A DNA stretch of 64,000 nucleotides, taken from the NCBI GenBank assembly GCA_965209055.1, contig OZ242374.1, positions 3,744,001 to 3,808,000 of the forward strand, in the 5' to 3' direction. This document shows, one piece after another, positions 19,829 through 30,051 of the stretch (position 1 is the first letter of the stretch; every line of letters begins with the position of its first letter). The DNA comes from Acidobacteriota bacterium. GTDB lineage: Bacteria > Acidobacteriota > UBA6911 > RPQK01 > JAJDTT01. The notes below the pieces were generated by a model that was not told where the DNA came from, did not search any database, and was given only the letters and a program-made list of their open reading frames with translations. Made by a program: the position numbers and the translations under genes.

Positions 19829-19867
19829 ACGAAAGGAATATGAAGAAAAAATGAAGAAGGCATAAAA
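19829..19867 (-). promoter_or_regulatory. Pho-box-like array of four hexamers at 11-bp period
   Basis: - strand TTTTAT-N5-CTTCAT-N5-CTTCAT-N5-TTTCGT, 35 bp upstream of the porin-pst operon. Confidence 0.65.
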
Positions 19868-20140
19868 AAACCGATACCTCCAACCTTGTCGAATGTCCGA
19901 TCTTGAGAGTTTCCCGCGCCTGGTCGGCAGGGCGCCTCACCGGGCTCGGCGCCGTCCAGGGCTTTCAGCGCCGACGCGCACGCCATTTATTTCGATCAGC
20001 CGGATCGCTTGGCGTACACAGGTGGAGATTATACTTGCGAAGCTGATGGCTGCAAGGCTCCGCCGGAAATATCCTCGGCAGCGCGCGGCCTCGCTAACTG
20101 GTCGAATTCCGCCTTGAATCCCGCGGTCCGGTGTGGGTTT

Positions 20141-21613
20141 TCAGTCGAAACAGTAGAGGGCGCTGACGGTGCGTAAATAGAGCTTGCCGTCAACCAGCGC
20201 CGGCGTGGCGTAGGCATCCTCACCCATTCGATTTACGGCCAGCACCTCCCATTCCGGTCCGGCCTTCAGGACCGGGACGTCGCCGTTCTCTCCGAGCAGG
20301 TAGACCTTGCCGTCGCCTCCGACCGGAGACGCGAAATACCGGCTCATAGCCTCCGTCAGCCTGGCCAGCTTCAGGACGGCTCCGGTGTCCGGATCGAGAG
20401 CAGTGACGATGCCTCCGTCCTTGATCAGGTAGATGACGCCGTCGTAAAGGAGAGGGGAGGGCACGTTGGGCAGACTCTTGTGGTATTGCCACCCCCGGGC
20501 GGTCTCGGTCACGTCGCCCGTTCCTCCGAGGCGAATCCGCTGAATGGAGTTGACCGATGCCCGGCGCATACGAAACAGCTCCCAGTCCCGTTCTCCCAGG
20601 TAGCCGTCCAGATCAAGATCCATGTTGCGCCAAGACGTGGAGAAGTTGGGCGAAATCGCTCCCTCGGCTTCTTCCTCGGAGAGTTTCCGGTCGCCGTTGC
20701 CGTCGTGTTTCTTCAGGGCTTCGTCAAAGGGGATCACGTTCTCTTGATTGCCCGGGTCGGCGGCGCCCGCCCACCCCAGGACGTAAGCGTAGTCTCCGTC
20801 CATCACCGGCGTCGGTTTCATCTGCCACGTCAGTCCTCGGCTCCACCAGATCTTCTCGCCCGTGGCCGCCGAATAGGCGACAAGTTGAAATGACCCCGGA
20901 ACCAGGACCTGGAGCTCTCCGCCACCAGGCCGGTAGAGGACCGGAGTCGAGAAGCCGCGTCTCATCAAGGGACGCTCATTTCGCCAGGCGACCCGTCCCG
21001 TCTCCCTGTCCACCGCCACCATGAACGATCCGGATTCACCGTCGCAGACCTGAACGACATGGTTGCCGGCGAGAATCGGAGAGGCGGCGATCCCGAAAGG
21101 AGTATTGTATGGCCCCAGCGAAACCCGCCAGAGTTCGTTTCCCCGGGCGTCGTAGGCGAGAAGGCCCAGATCCTGGAAAAAGACGTAGACGTTGCTTCCG
21201 TCCGTCACCGGACTGGGAGAGGCGGGGGAGTTGTCCCGGTGGAGCTTGCCCTCTCTGTTTCTGGCGACGTTCCGGGTCCACTGGATTTCTCCTGTTTTCC
21301 GATCCAGAGCCGTCGTGGAGAGGATTTCTCCTTGGAAGCCGGTCACGAAAATGCTCTCCCGGGAAAAGACGGGAGAGGAATGGCCCGGAGGAAGGGAAGT
21401 TTTCCAGTGGACATTTTCCTCGGGGCCGAAACGATGCGGCAGATCCCGGGTGGTAGAGACACCCGACCCGTTGGGACCCCGAAACTGCGTCCAGTCTCCG
21501 GCCTCCGAGACCTGCATCAGGAAGGCCAGCAGAGGGAACATCGCCAAGCGGGACCGGAGCCCGATGCAGGCGGGACGCCGCCGGGAAAAGCAAGAACGCG
21601 TTAGGGGTCTCAT
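20141..21613 (-). CDS. PQQ-like beta-propeller (BamB-like) secreted protein with EF-hand-like insert
   Basis: DWTQFRGPNGSG and repeated SP/TP blade motifs; DGNGDRKLSEEE and DLDLDGYLGERD; start uncertain. Confidence 0.85.
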   Translation of the reverse strand: MRPLTRSCFSRRRPACIGLRSRLAMFPLLAFLMQVSEAGDWTQFRGPNGSGVSTTRDLPHRFGPEENVHWKTSLPPGHSSPVFSRESIFVTGFQGEILSTTALDRKTGEIQWTRNVARNREGKLHRDNSPASPSPVTDGSNVYVFFQDLGLLAYDARGNELWRVSLGPYNTPFGIAASPILAGNHVVQVCDGESGSFMVAVDRETGRVAWRNERPLMRRGFSTPVLYRPGGGELQVLVPGSFQLVAYSAATGEKIWWSRGLTWQMKPTPVMDGDYAYVLGWAGAADPGNQENVIPFDEALKKHDGNGDRKLSEEEAEGAISPNFSTSWRNMDLDLDGYLGERDWELFRMRRASVNSIQRIRLGGTGDVTETARGWQYHKSLPNVPSPLLYDGVIYLIKDGGIVTALDPDTGAVLKLARLTEAMSRYFASPVGGDGKVYLLGENGDVPVLKAGPEWEVLAVNRMGEDAYATPALVDGKLYLRTVSALYCFD

Positions 21614-21801
21614 CCTCAATGTCTCTCCTGCCGACGGGGTTTGCGGCCTGTTGGAGTCGTGACGGAAACTATCGTCCATGGACGCTTGGAGACTAGGCTG
21701 AAACCGGGACTGAGTCAAACTCCGGACGGTTGTTCTTGGGGTGGACTTTCCGCGCTGGTGATCCATACTAAAGTCGATTTGCAGAGAAACGAGGGGAGGG
21801 C

Positions 21802-22461
21802 ATGATGGCCGAAAGCAGCAATGGACCGGGTTCGGTCAAAGAGATGATTCTGGTGCCGGGAGTGATCACCTTGGCCGTGACCATCCTGCGCCTGACCGGA
21901 GAGCTCAACGGTTGGTCTCCGGTGTTGTTCAATTCCGAAGCGGGCGGCGGCGGTGCCATTGTGGGGATCGCCTGGCTGGTGCCGGTCTTCGGGATCCACT
22001 TCGCCTTGAAGCTGGTCAGGTCGGGCAGTGCTCCCGCCTCCGCGGGCCGGGTGCTCGCCTATTCGGCGGCGGGGCTGGCGGCGGCTGTGGCCATCATTAT
22101 CGGGGGCAGCTGGCTCGTGGGCGAGAACTACCCGGTTGCCATGCTGGTTCCGGCCGCCGGCGGAATCGCCGGAATGGCCATCGCCTGCCGGGGCTGGTGC
22201 GCATTGGGCAGGGTCCTGTTCTACTACGCCCTGGCGGCCCGGATTCCGGTGATCCTCATCACGCTGCCGGCGGTTCTGGGCAACTGGGGCACCCACTACG
22301 ACGCCGCGCCTCCGGGGTTTCCGGAGATGAGCGCCATGGGGAAGTTTTTCTGGTCGGGCGTGGTTCCCCAAATGACCGTCTGGGTGGGCTACACCATGAT
22401 CGTGGGAGCTCTGTTCGGAGGAATCGCCCTCGTGGTGGCGGGCAGGAGAAGATCGGCATAG
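21802..22461 (+). CDS. Hypothetical membrane protein (~6 TM)
   Basis: Strong RBS GAGGGGAGG and hydrophobic segments. Confidence 0.75.
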   Translation: MMAESSNGPGSVKEMILVPGVITLAVTILRLTGELNGWSPVLFNSEAGGGGAIVGIAWLVPVFGIHFALKLVRSGSAPASAGRVLAYSAAGLAAAVAIIIGGSWLVGENYPVAMLVPAAGGIAGMAIACRGWCALGRVLFYYALAARIPVILITLPAVLGNWGTHYDAAPPGFPEMSAMGKFFWSGVVPQMTVWVGYTMIVGALFGGIALVVAGRRRSA

Positions 22462-22479
22462 GGACGCCGGAGAGATCGC

Positions 22480-22884
22480 ATGACGAAGGCCAGGCTTGGC
22501 CGGTTCGATGATTTGGTCCGGCTCTCGACCGGACCGCTGATACCCGTCGTTCATCGTCTGCGTGGAGTGATCCTGGAGATTCATCCGGATGCCTGCGAAG
22601 TGGTCCGCCTGGGCGACCGGGCCGCGACTTACGGTTGCGGGCCCCGGAAAATGATCGACGGGTACGCATACATCATGCCGTTCAAGTCCTGGGTCAATCT
22701 CGGCTTCTACCGGGGCACGAGCCTGGCGGACCCGGAGAAGCTGCTGGAAGGGACCGGCGTCAGGATGCGCCATGTCAAGATGCGGACGGTTGAAGACGTC
22801 GAACGGCCCGGCGTCCGGGGGCTGATCCGGGAGGCCTGTGCCGAGCGCGGGGCCGCGCTCGGAATCAGTCGAGCGGAAAGGTAA
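22480..22884 (+). CDS. DUF1801-family protein
   Basis: VNLGFYRGTSLADPEKLLEGTG..MRHVK signature. Confidence 0.8.
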   Translation: MTKARLGRFDDLVRLSTGPLIPVVHRLRGVILEIHPDACEVVRLGDRAATYGCGPRKMIDGYAYIMPFKSWVNLGFYRGTSLADPEKLLEGTGVRMRHVKMRTVEDVERPGVRGLIREACAERGAALGISRAER

Positions 22885-24547
22885 CGGCGCCGTCCGAGGG
22901 TGAGGAGACCGTACGGGCGTACTTGGCCAGGACGCCGGTCCTGGACCGCTCCGCGGGGGGCTTCCGGTTCCGGAGGCGGACCCGGATCTCCTCGTCGCTC
23001 AAGTCCACGTTCATCACCCGTGCCTCGATGTCCAGCGTGATGATGTCGCCATCCTTCAGGGCGGCCAGGGGGCCGCCGACGGCCGCTTCGGGAGCCACGT
23101 GCCCCACCACGAAGCCCCGGGTGGCGCCCGAAAAGCGCCCGTCTGTGATCAGAGCCACCTTGTCGCCCAGGCCGGAACCCTGCACGGCTCCGGTGACCTG
23201 CAGGAGTTCTCGCATGCCCGGTCCGCCCACGGGGCCTTCGTTGCGGATCACAATGACGTCTCCCGCCTTGATCCGGCCTTGCTTGATGGCGGCGAACGCC
23301 GGTTCCTCCCGGTCGAAGACCCGGGCCGGACCCGTGTGACCGTCCCGGTCGACGCCGGAGATCTTCAGAACGCACCCTTCGGGGGCCAGGTTTCCCCGCA
23401 GGATGATGAGGCCTCCCGTCTTCTTGATGGGGGCGGACAAGGGCCGGATGACCTCTTGTCCCTCCGGCGCCCGGCCGCGGCCCAGTTCCTGGGCCAGGGT
23501 CCTGCCGGTGACAGTGGGGAGGTCGCCGTCGACAAGTCCCGCTTCCAGCAGCAGGCGGCCGACGTAGGTCATGCCGCCGGCCTGGTGCATGTCGGGGGCG
23601 GTAAAGCGCCCCGCCGGCTTCAGGTCGGCCAGAACCGGCGTTTTCCGCGAGATCAGGTCGAAGTCGTCGATGTCCAGGGGGATGTCCGACTCCCGGGCGA
23701 TGGCCAGCAGATGGAGCACCACGTTGGTGGATCCGGCGGTGGCCATGGCGCCGGTGATGGCGTTGAGGATGGCCTGCCGGTTCAGGATGTCCCGGGGCCG
23801 CAGTCCCTGCTCCAGGAGTTGCATCACCAGGCGGCCGCACTCCCGGGCCGCCTCTTCCTTCTTGAGGTCCACCGCCGGGATTCCGTTGAAGCCCATGGGG
23901 GAGATGCCCAGCATCTCGAACGCCGTGGACATGGTGTTGGCGGTGAACTGGCCGCCGCACGCCCCCGCGCCGGGACAGGCGTAGTTCTCGATGCCCCTGA
24001 GTTCCTCCCGGTCGATGCGTCCCGCATTGTAAGCCCCGATGGCTTCGTAGGCGTCCTGGACCGTGAGCTTACGCCCGTTGTATTCCCCCGGCATGATGGA
24101 ACCGCTGTAGAGAATCAGGCTGGGGATGTTGAGCCGGGTCAACGCCATGGCGGCGGCCGGGCTCGTCTTGTCGCATCCCGTGATGGCGACGAGGCCGTCG
24201 AAAAGGTGTCCCCGGCAGACCAGCTCGATGGAGTCGGCGATGACCTCCCGGCTGACCAGCGACGATTTCATGCCCTCGGTCCCCATGGCGATCCCGTCGG
24301 TCACCGAGATGCTGTTGAATTCGAGCGGAGTTCCGCCGGCGGCCCGAACCCCTTCCTTGACCTTTTCCGCCAGTCTCCGGTGGTTGAAGTTGCAGGGCGT
24401 GACCTCGATCCAGCAGTGGGCGACTCCGATGAGGGGTTTGGCCAGGTCCTGGTCGGTGAAACCGATGGCCTTGAAAAAGGATCGAGCTCCCGCCCGGTCG
24501 GGTCCGTCCAGTAGAGTTCGGCTCTGGTGTCTCATATCGAATGGCAT
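22865..24547 (-). CDS. ilvD: Dihydroxy-acid dehydratase
   Basis: TPCN, DGIAMG, SREVIADS, GCDKT, CGGQFTANTM, GPVGGPGMRE and TDGRFSG. Confidence 0.95.
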   Translation of the reverse strand: MPFDMRHQSRTLLDGPDRAGARSFFKAIGFTDQDLAKPLIGVAHCWIEVTPCNFNHRRLAEKVKEGVRAAGGTPLEFNSISVTDGIAMGTEGMKSSLVSREVIADSIELVCRGHLFDGLVAITGCDKTSPAAAMALTRLNIPSLILYSGSIMPGEYNGRKLTVQDAYEAIGAYNAGRIDREELRGIENYACPGAGACGGQFTANTMSTAFEMLGISPMGFNGIPAVDLKKEEAARECGRLVMQLLEQGLRPRDILNRQAILNAITGAMATAGSTNVVLHLLAIARESDIPLDIDDFDLISRKTPVLADLKPAGRFTAPDMHQAGGMTYVGRLLLEAGLVDGDLPTVTGRTLAQELGRGRAPEGQEVIRPLSAPIKKTGGLIILRGNLAPEGCVLKISGVDRDGHTGPARVFDREEPAFAAIKQGRIKAGDVIVIRNEGPVGGPGMRELLQVTGAVQGSGLGDKVALITDGRFSGATRGFVVGHVAPEAAVGGPLAALKDGDIITLDIEARVMNVDLSDEEIRVRLRNRKPPAERSRTGVLAKYARTVSSPSDGAVTFPLD

Positions 24548-24658
24548 GATTCATCGATTATACTCCGAATATTCCTGCTTTCCTGGAAGCGGAGAGCACC
24601 GGTTCGGAAATTGCAGGCCGGGATGACGTTTTCCTGGTTCTGAATAAAGGGAGACTGC

Positions 24659-26050
24659 ATGGATTTCGAGAAGCTTCAGCGCCTGATTCGGGGGAAGATC
24701 TACCTCGACCAGGAGTCCCGCCGGGACGTGGCCACCGATTTCGGCCGGATCCTGACGAAGACTCCCAAGGCCCTTGTGGCCCCGGAATCGGTCGAGGACG
24801 TGGCCACCGTTGTGGCAACGGCTTCCCGGGCAGGCTGGCCGGTCTCGACCCGCGGAGCTTCCCATTCCCAGAGTGGCCAGTCCCTCTCCCAGGACGGGGT
24901 CCTCGTCGATCTGAGTTCGTTGAATGGGATCGGCGCCGTGGAAGGGGAGACGGTGAAGGTCCAGGCGGGCGTCCTGTGGCGCGATCTGGTGGCCTTCACT
25001 TCCGATAGGGGATTTCTTCCCCCGGTTCTCACCAACAATCTCAACGTGACCGTGGGAGGAACGCTCTCCATGGCCGGCATCGGCGTGTCTTCCCATCGGC
25101 ATGGCACGCAGGCCCACCAGGTGTTGGAACTCGAGGTCGTGACGGGGGAGGGCCACCGGGTACGCTGCTCTCCGGAGGAGAACTCCGAGCTCTTCTTCTG
25201 CACCTTGTGCGGACTGGGCCAGTTCTCGGTCATCGTAAGCGCCCGGCTCCGCCTCCGCCGGGTGGCGCCCAGGGTCCGGACCTTCTATCTCCTCTACGAT
25301 GACCTGACCGCTCTGATGGCGGACCAGAAGCATCTCGTTTCCCGGCAGCGCTTCGATTACATCGAGTCCTGGGCCTCTCCGTGCGTGCAGGGCTTGAGGC
25401 GAATGGGCGGCGTCCGGGTCCCCTTCGCCGAGTGGTTCTTTCCCATGCACCTGACCGTGGAGTGCGATGACGAGGATCCTGGGGAGGAAGAGTTGCTCGA
25501 TGGCCTGAACTTCTATCGAAAGCTGCAGGTGGAGGATTCCAGCGCTCTGGAGTTCGCCCATCGGCTGGAGCCGGTCTTCGAGTTCTGGCGGCAGAGCGGG
25601 GCATGGGGCATGTGCCACCCCTGGATGGAGACCATTCTGCCCTGGGATCAGGCCCCGGCCTACATCGGCGGCGTGCTGGCCAACTTTCCCCCGCAGCTCC
25701 TGGCCGGCGGCCACGTCCTGATTTGGCCCTGCCGCTTCCAGGGAGACCCGCTTCCCCTGTTCAGGCATCCCCGGGGCGAGTTCATCCTGGGCTTCGGGAT
25801 CCTGCCCGCGGTGCCTCGGCAGATGCTCCCCCTGGCCCGTCAGCTACTGAAGACAGCCAGCGATCTCTCGATGCGAGTCGGAGGAAAGCGCTACCTCTCG
25901 GGGTGGGTGGAATTCACTCCCGAACAGTGGAAGAGCCACTTTGGAGAAACCTGGGAAGACCTGCAACGGTGGAAGCAGTTTTACGATCCGGCGGGAATAT
26001 TGAACCCCGGCTTCATACCCTTCCCGGAGCGAACGGAGAGTCCGGATTGA
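24659..26050 (+). CDS. FAD-linked oxidoreductase, cytokinin-dehydrogenase-like (VAO/PCMH family)
   Basis: RGASHSQSGQ (FAD-His), TVGGTLSMAGIG, GLGQFSVI, HPWMET and YDPAGILNPG. Confidence 0.8.
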   Translation: MDFEKLQRLIRGKIYLDQESRRDVATDFGRILTKTPKALVAPESVEDVATVVATASRAGWPVSTRGASHSQSGQSLSQDGVLVDLSSLNGIGAVEGETVKVQAGVLWRDLVAFTSDRGFLPPVLTNNLNVTVGGTLSMAGIGVSSHRHGTQAHQVLELEVVTGEGHRVRCSPEENSELFFCTLCGLGQFSVIVSARLRLRRVAPRVRTFYLLYDDLTALMADQKHLVSRQRFDYIESWASPCVQGLRRMGGVRVPFAEWFFPMHLTVECDDEDPGEEELLDGLNFYRKLQVEDSSALEFAHRLEPVFEFWRQSGAWGMCHPWMETILPWDQAPAYIGGVLANFPPQLLAGGHVLIWPCRFQGDPLPLFRHPRGEFILGFGILPAVPRQMLPLARQLLKTASDLSMRVGGKRYLSGWVEFTPEQWKSHFGETWEDLQRWKQFYDPAGILNPGFIPFPERTESPD

Positions 26051-26096
26051 AGAACTTGTGAATCTGAATTACTTCTTTAATGAAGCAAGTTAAAGA

Positions 26097-27734
26097 CTAA
26101 TCTTTTAGAAGCCGCTTCAGTATTTTCCCGATCGCGCTCTTGGGAAGCTCGTCCCGGAATTCCACGTATCTGGGGATCTTGAATCGAGCCAGCTTCCCAT
26201 GGCAGAAGCGAATCACGTCCCGTTGGGCCAGCTCGTGACCTTCCTTGAGCACGATGAAGGCCTTGGGGACCTCGCCCCGAACCTTGCTGGGGACGCCAAC
26301 CACGGCAGCATCCTGGACGCTGGGGTGCTGGTAGAGGACCTCCTCCACTTCGCGGGAATAGATGTTCATTCCGGCGCTCAGGATCAGATCCTTCTTCCGG
26401 TCGACGATGGAGAAGTACCCGTCCTTATCCATCACCGCCATGTCGCCGGTCTTGAGCCAGCCGTCCTGCAGCACGTTTGCGGTCTCTTCCGGTTTGTTCC
26501 AGTAGCCTTGCATCACCTGTGGTCCGGAGACTGAAAGCTCGCCCACCTCGCCTTGGGGCAGGACCTCCCCGGTGTCGCCGTCCACGATCCGCGCATCGGT
26601 GTCGGCGACGGGCACTCCGATGGTTCCATTCTTGCGATTGCCGAAGATCGGGTTCACGCTCACGATCGGTGAAGCCTCGGAGAGGCCGTAGCCCTCCACC
26701 AATTTTCCGCCGCTCATCTCCTCGAAGCGGGCCTGCACGTCGGATGGCAGGCCGGCTCCGCCACTGACGCAGAGGCGGATGGAGGAGAGGTCCGAACTCG
26801 TGATGCCCGTGTAATTGTTGATGGCGTTGTACATGGCCGGGACGCCGCAAAAGATGGTGGGCCGGTGCTTGCGGATTCGCTTGACCACGTCGGCCAGATC
26901 GACACGGGGAAGGAGAATCATGGTAAAGCGGCAGAGGATGGCCAGATGAAGACCGGTGGTCAGGCCGTAGCTGTGGAAGAAGGGGAGGGCGCAGAGCAGG
27001 ATCTCCTTCCTCATTTGAAGGTCCGAGAGCCACGACTTGGTCTGGTGAACGTTGCAGACCAGGTTGCGGTGGGTCAGGGTCGCCCCTTTGGAGAGCCCGG
27101 TGGTGCCTCCGGTGTAGAGCAGCATGGCGGTATCGTCCGGTGCGATCGCCGGGGCCTCCCGGGACGGGACCTTGCGCTTCATCAGCTCGCGGTACTCATA
27201 CAGTCCGGGCGCCGTTGGCGGCGGCTCGGATGACCGGTTCTTGAGTCCGTACAGAATTCCCAGGATGGCAGGCAGAAACTCCTGGATTCCGGCCGAGATG
27301 ATCCGTTTCACCGGCGTCTTTTCGCGGACCGCAAGCAGGCGCCCCATGAGCTTGTCCAGCACCACCACCGTTTCCGCCCCCGAGTCGGTGAGCTGATACT
27401 GCAGCTCGCGCTCCACGTAGAGGGGGTTGGTGGGCACCAGGACGGCCCCCAGCTTCAGAACCGCGAAATGGGCGATGGGGTACAGAGGCATGTTGGGCAG
27501 TATCAGGGCCACCCGATCCCCCTTTTTCACACCCAGGGATGCCAGGACCGTGGCAAATTGGTCCACTTTTTTCCCCAACTCGCCAAACCGCGTCCGGCGG
27601 CCGAAAAAACGAGTCGCAGTGCCGCGGGGATGATCCTCCACGGCTTGCCGAAACATGGAGTAGAGGTCGATATCCGGATAGTCAATGGTTGTGGGGACAG
27701 CCTCGTCGTAGTGTCGCAACCAGATCTTTTCCAC
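26097..27734 (-). CDS. Long-chain fatty-acid--CoA ligase
   Basis: YTGGTTGLSKG, EGYGLSE, WLKTGD, DRKKD and LPKSAIGKIL; GTG start at 27734 with GGAG RBS. Confidence 0.92.
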   Translation of the reverse strand: MEKIWLRHYDEAVPTTIDYPDIDLYSMFRQAVEDHPRGTATRFFGRRTRFGELGKKVDQFATVLASLGVKKGDRVALILPNMPLYPIAHFAVLKLGAVLVPTNPLYVERELQYQLTDSGAETVVVLDKLMGRLLAVREKTPVKRIISAGIQEFLPAILGILYGLKNRSSEPPPTAPGLYEYRELMKRKVPSREAPAIAPDDTAMLLYTGGTTGLSKGATLTHRNLVCNVHQTKSWLSDLQMRKEILLCALPFFHSYGLTTGLHLAILCRFTMILLPRVDLADVVKRIRKHRPTIFCGVPAMYNAINNYTGITSSDLSSIRLCVSGGAGLPSDVQARFEEMSGGKLVEGYGLSEASPIVSVNPIFGNRKNGTIGVPVADTDARIVDGDTGEVLPQGEVGELSVSGPQVMQGYWNKPEETANVLQDGWLKTGDMAVMDKDGYFSIVDRKKDLILSAGMNIYSREVEEVLYQHPSVQDAAVVGVPSKVRGEVPKAFIVLKEGHELAQRDVIRFCHGKLARFKIPRYVEFRDELPKSAIGKILKRLLKD

Positions 27735-27918
27735 GGTGTTCTCCAGGGTGAGCCGAAGGTGAATCGACCAGACTATAGCAGTTCCGGCAACGATCCCGAA
27801 ACTCCCCCTTTCCATCGGAAAGCAGCGGAGGGAAGGGTCATCGTGAACGGTGCGGTGCAGGCGTCTCCCATGCTGGAACGCGGCGCTTCCGTCGATATAC
27901 TGAGGAGCGTGGAGACGG

Positions 27919-28950
27919 ATGCCCATGAGCGAGCCGCCCTTTGACGCGCTGCTGGTTATTTCCTTCGGAGGACCCGAGGGCATGGACGAAGTGGAGCCGT
28001 TTCTCAGGAACGTTCTGCGGGGCAAGCGCGTGCCGGAGGAGAGGATCCGGGAAGTGGCTCATCATTACCGGATCTTCGATGGCGTGAGCCCCATCAATCG
28101 GCAGAACCGGGAGCTGATCGAAGACCTGCGCCGGGAACTGAGGGAGAAGGGGCCCGATCTGCCCATCTATTGGGGAAATCGAAACTGGCATCCCTTGCTT
28201 TCGCAGACTCTCAGAGAGATGGCCGCCGACGGCATCAGGAAGGCGCTGGCCTTCGTGACCTCGGCCTACAGTTCCTATTCCGGATGCCGCCAGTACCTGG
28301 AGGATATCCGGCGTTCCCAGAAGGAGACGGGGGCTCCGCCGCCGGAAATCCATAAACTCCGGGTCTTTTACAATCATCCGGGCTTCATCGAATCCAATCG
28401 GGATCGAGTTCGGGCCGCCTTGGAGCAGATTCCCGGGGACAGGAGGCCCCGGGCGCAACTGCTGTTCACCGCGCACAGCATTCCACTGGCCATGGCCCGG
28501 GGCTGCGACTACGTGGACCAGTTGCGGGAGACCTGTCGGCTGGTGGCGGAACAGGTTCCTCATTCCGCGTGGAGCCTGGCCTACCAGAGCCGCAGCGGAC
28601 CGCCTCACCAGCCCTGGTTGGAGCCGGATGCCGGCGACCATCTCCAGGTACTTGCCGGCCGGGGTGTCCGGGACGTGGTGGTTTCTCCCGTCGGCTTCAT
28701 CTCCGACCATATGGAGGTGGTCTTCGACCTGGATGTAGAGCTGATGGATCAGGCCCGCTCACTGGGACTGAATCTGGTGCGAGCCGCGACGGCGGGGACC
28801 CATGCCGCTTTCGTGAGCATGGTCGGAGAACTGATCCGGGAACGGACGGACGGAGTCCGGCGCCGGTATTCGGGTTCCCGTGAGCCTGCGCCCGATACCT
28901 GTCCGGAGGGTTGCTGTCCCTACTCGATTGCGGCTCCGGCGCGATCTTGA
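27919..28950 (+). CDS. hemH: Ferrochelatase
   Basis: SFGGPEG, FTAHSIP, YQSRSG…PWLEPD and GFISDHMEVVFDLD. Confidence 0.93.
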   Translation: MPMSEPPFDALLVISFGGPEGMDEVEPFLRNVLRGKRVPEERIREVAHHYRIFDGVSPINRQNRELIEDLRRELREKGPDLPIYWGNRNWHPLLSQTLREMAADGIRKALAFVTSAYSSYSGCRQYLEDIRRSQKETGAPPPEIHKLRVFYNHPGFIESNRDRVRAALEQIPGDRRPRAQLLFTAHSIPLAMARGCDYVDQLRETCRLVAEQVPHSAWSLAYQSRSGPPHQPWLEPDAGDHLQVLAGRGVRDVVVSPVGFISDHMEVVFDLDVELMDQARSLGLNLVRAATAGTHAAFVSMVGELIRERTDGVRRRYSGSREPAPDTCPEGCCPYSIAAPARS

Positions 28951-29030
28951 ACGGACGTTGTCCCTGGCCCGCGAAACGCGCCCGGAACTCGATGCTCGCG
29001 CCGAGCCGTTTGTGCTAACATCGCCGCACG

Positions 29031-29984
29031 ATGGTCAAGAAGCTGGTCCTGGCGAGTCCCCGGGGTTTCTGTGCCGGAGTGGTTCGAGCCATTGACGTCG
29101 TCCGGATTGCACTTGACGTCTGTCCCCCGCCCATCTATGTGAGAAAGCAGATCATTCACAACGCGTACGTGGTGGACGAGCTCCGCAGGGAAGGCGCCAT
29201 CTTCGTCGATTCGCTGGAACAGGTGCCCTCGGGAGGGACGGTCATCTTCAGTGCGCACGGCGTGTCTCCCGAGGTCTGGGCCGATGCCCGATCCAGATCG
29301 CTCAAGGTCATCGACGCCACCTGCCCGCTGGTCACGAAGGTGCATGTCGAGGCCATCCGGTATTCCAAGCGGGGATTCACCATCGTCCTCATCGGTCACG
29401 AGGGACACGAAGAGGTCGTCGGGACCATGGGAGAGGCTCCTGATGCCATCGTATTGGTGAGCACCACCGATGACGTCGAGAAGCTCGAGGTCAAGGATCC
29501 TGGAAAAATCGCCTACCTGACCCAGACCACACTGAGTCTCGAGGACACGAAGGGGATAATCGCGGCGTTGAGACGGCGTTTCCCCATGATCCAGGGACCA
29601 CCATCGGAAGACATCTGTTACGCGACGCAGAACCGGCAGCTTGCGGTGAAGGAACTGGCCGCGGCCACGGACCTGATTCTGGTCGTGGGATCATCCAACA
29701 GCAGCAATTCCAATCGCCTGGTCGAGGAAGCGATCGCGTCGGGTGTCCCTTCGTATCTCATCGGCGATGTGAGCAAGATCCGGCAGGAATGGCTCCTTGG
29801 CGTGGAGAACGTGGGCCTGACGTCGGGTGCATCGGCCCCCGAAGTCCTGGTCGATCAGGTTGTCCGCTACTTCGAGCGCGGCGGGGCCGTCGTCGAGGAT
29901 CTGGTGACCCGGGAGGAGAACGTCCACTTCGCCCTTCCTCCCGAGCTGAGGCAGCCGCAGAGCCAATTGCACGTGCTTTCGTAA
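29031..29984 (+). CDS. ispH: 4-hydroxy-3-methylbut-2-enyl diphosphate reductase
   Basis: GFCAGVVRA, DATCPLVTKVH, GHEEV, ICYATQNRQ and SSNS. Confidence 0.97.
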   Translation: MVKKLVLASPRGFCAGVVRAIDVVRIALDVCPPPIYVRKQIIHNAYVVDELRREGAIFVDSLEQVPSGGTVIFSAHGVSPEVWADARSRSLKVIDATCPLVTKVHVEAIRYSKRGFTIVLIGHEGHEEVVGTMGEAPDAIVLVSTTDDVEKLEVKDPGKIAYLTQTTLSLEDTKGIIAALRRRFPMIQGPPSEDICYATQNRQLAVKELAAATDLILVVGSSNSSNSNRLVEEAIASGVPSYLIGDVSKIRQEWLLGVENVGLTSGASAPEVLVDQVVRYFERGGAVVEDLVTREENVHFALPPELRQPQSQLHVLS

Positions 29985-30051
29985 CGGCCGCGCGACTGCC
30001 GGCGGCAACGTTCCCATCTGAAGCAAATTTCTGCGCCGGAGAGGGAGAGGC

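Noticed and set aside
19870-20140. Possible ncRNA or small ORF between the propeller gene and the porin
   Set aside because: No recognisable RNA family signature or convincing RBS and ORF.
29985-30051. preQ1 riboswitch upstream of queF
   Set aside because: No GGTTC loop or A-rich tail signature is visible.
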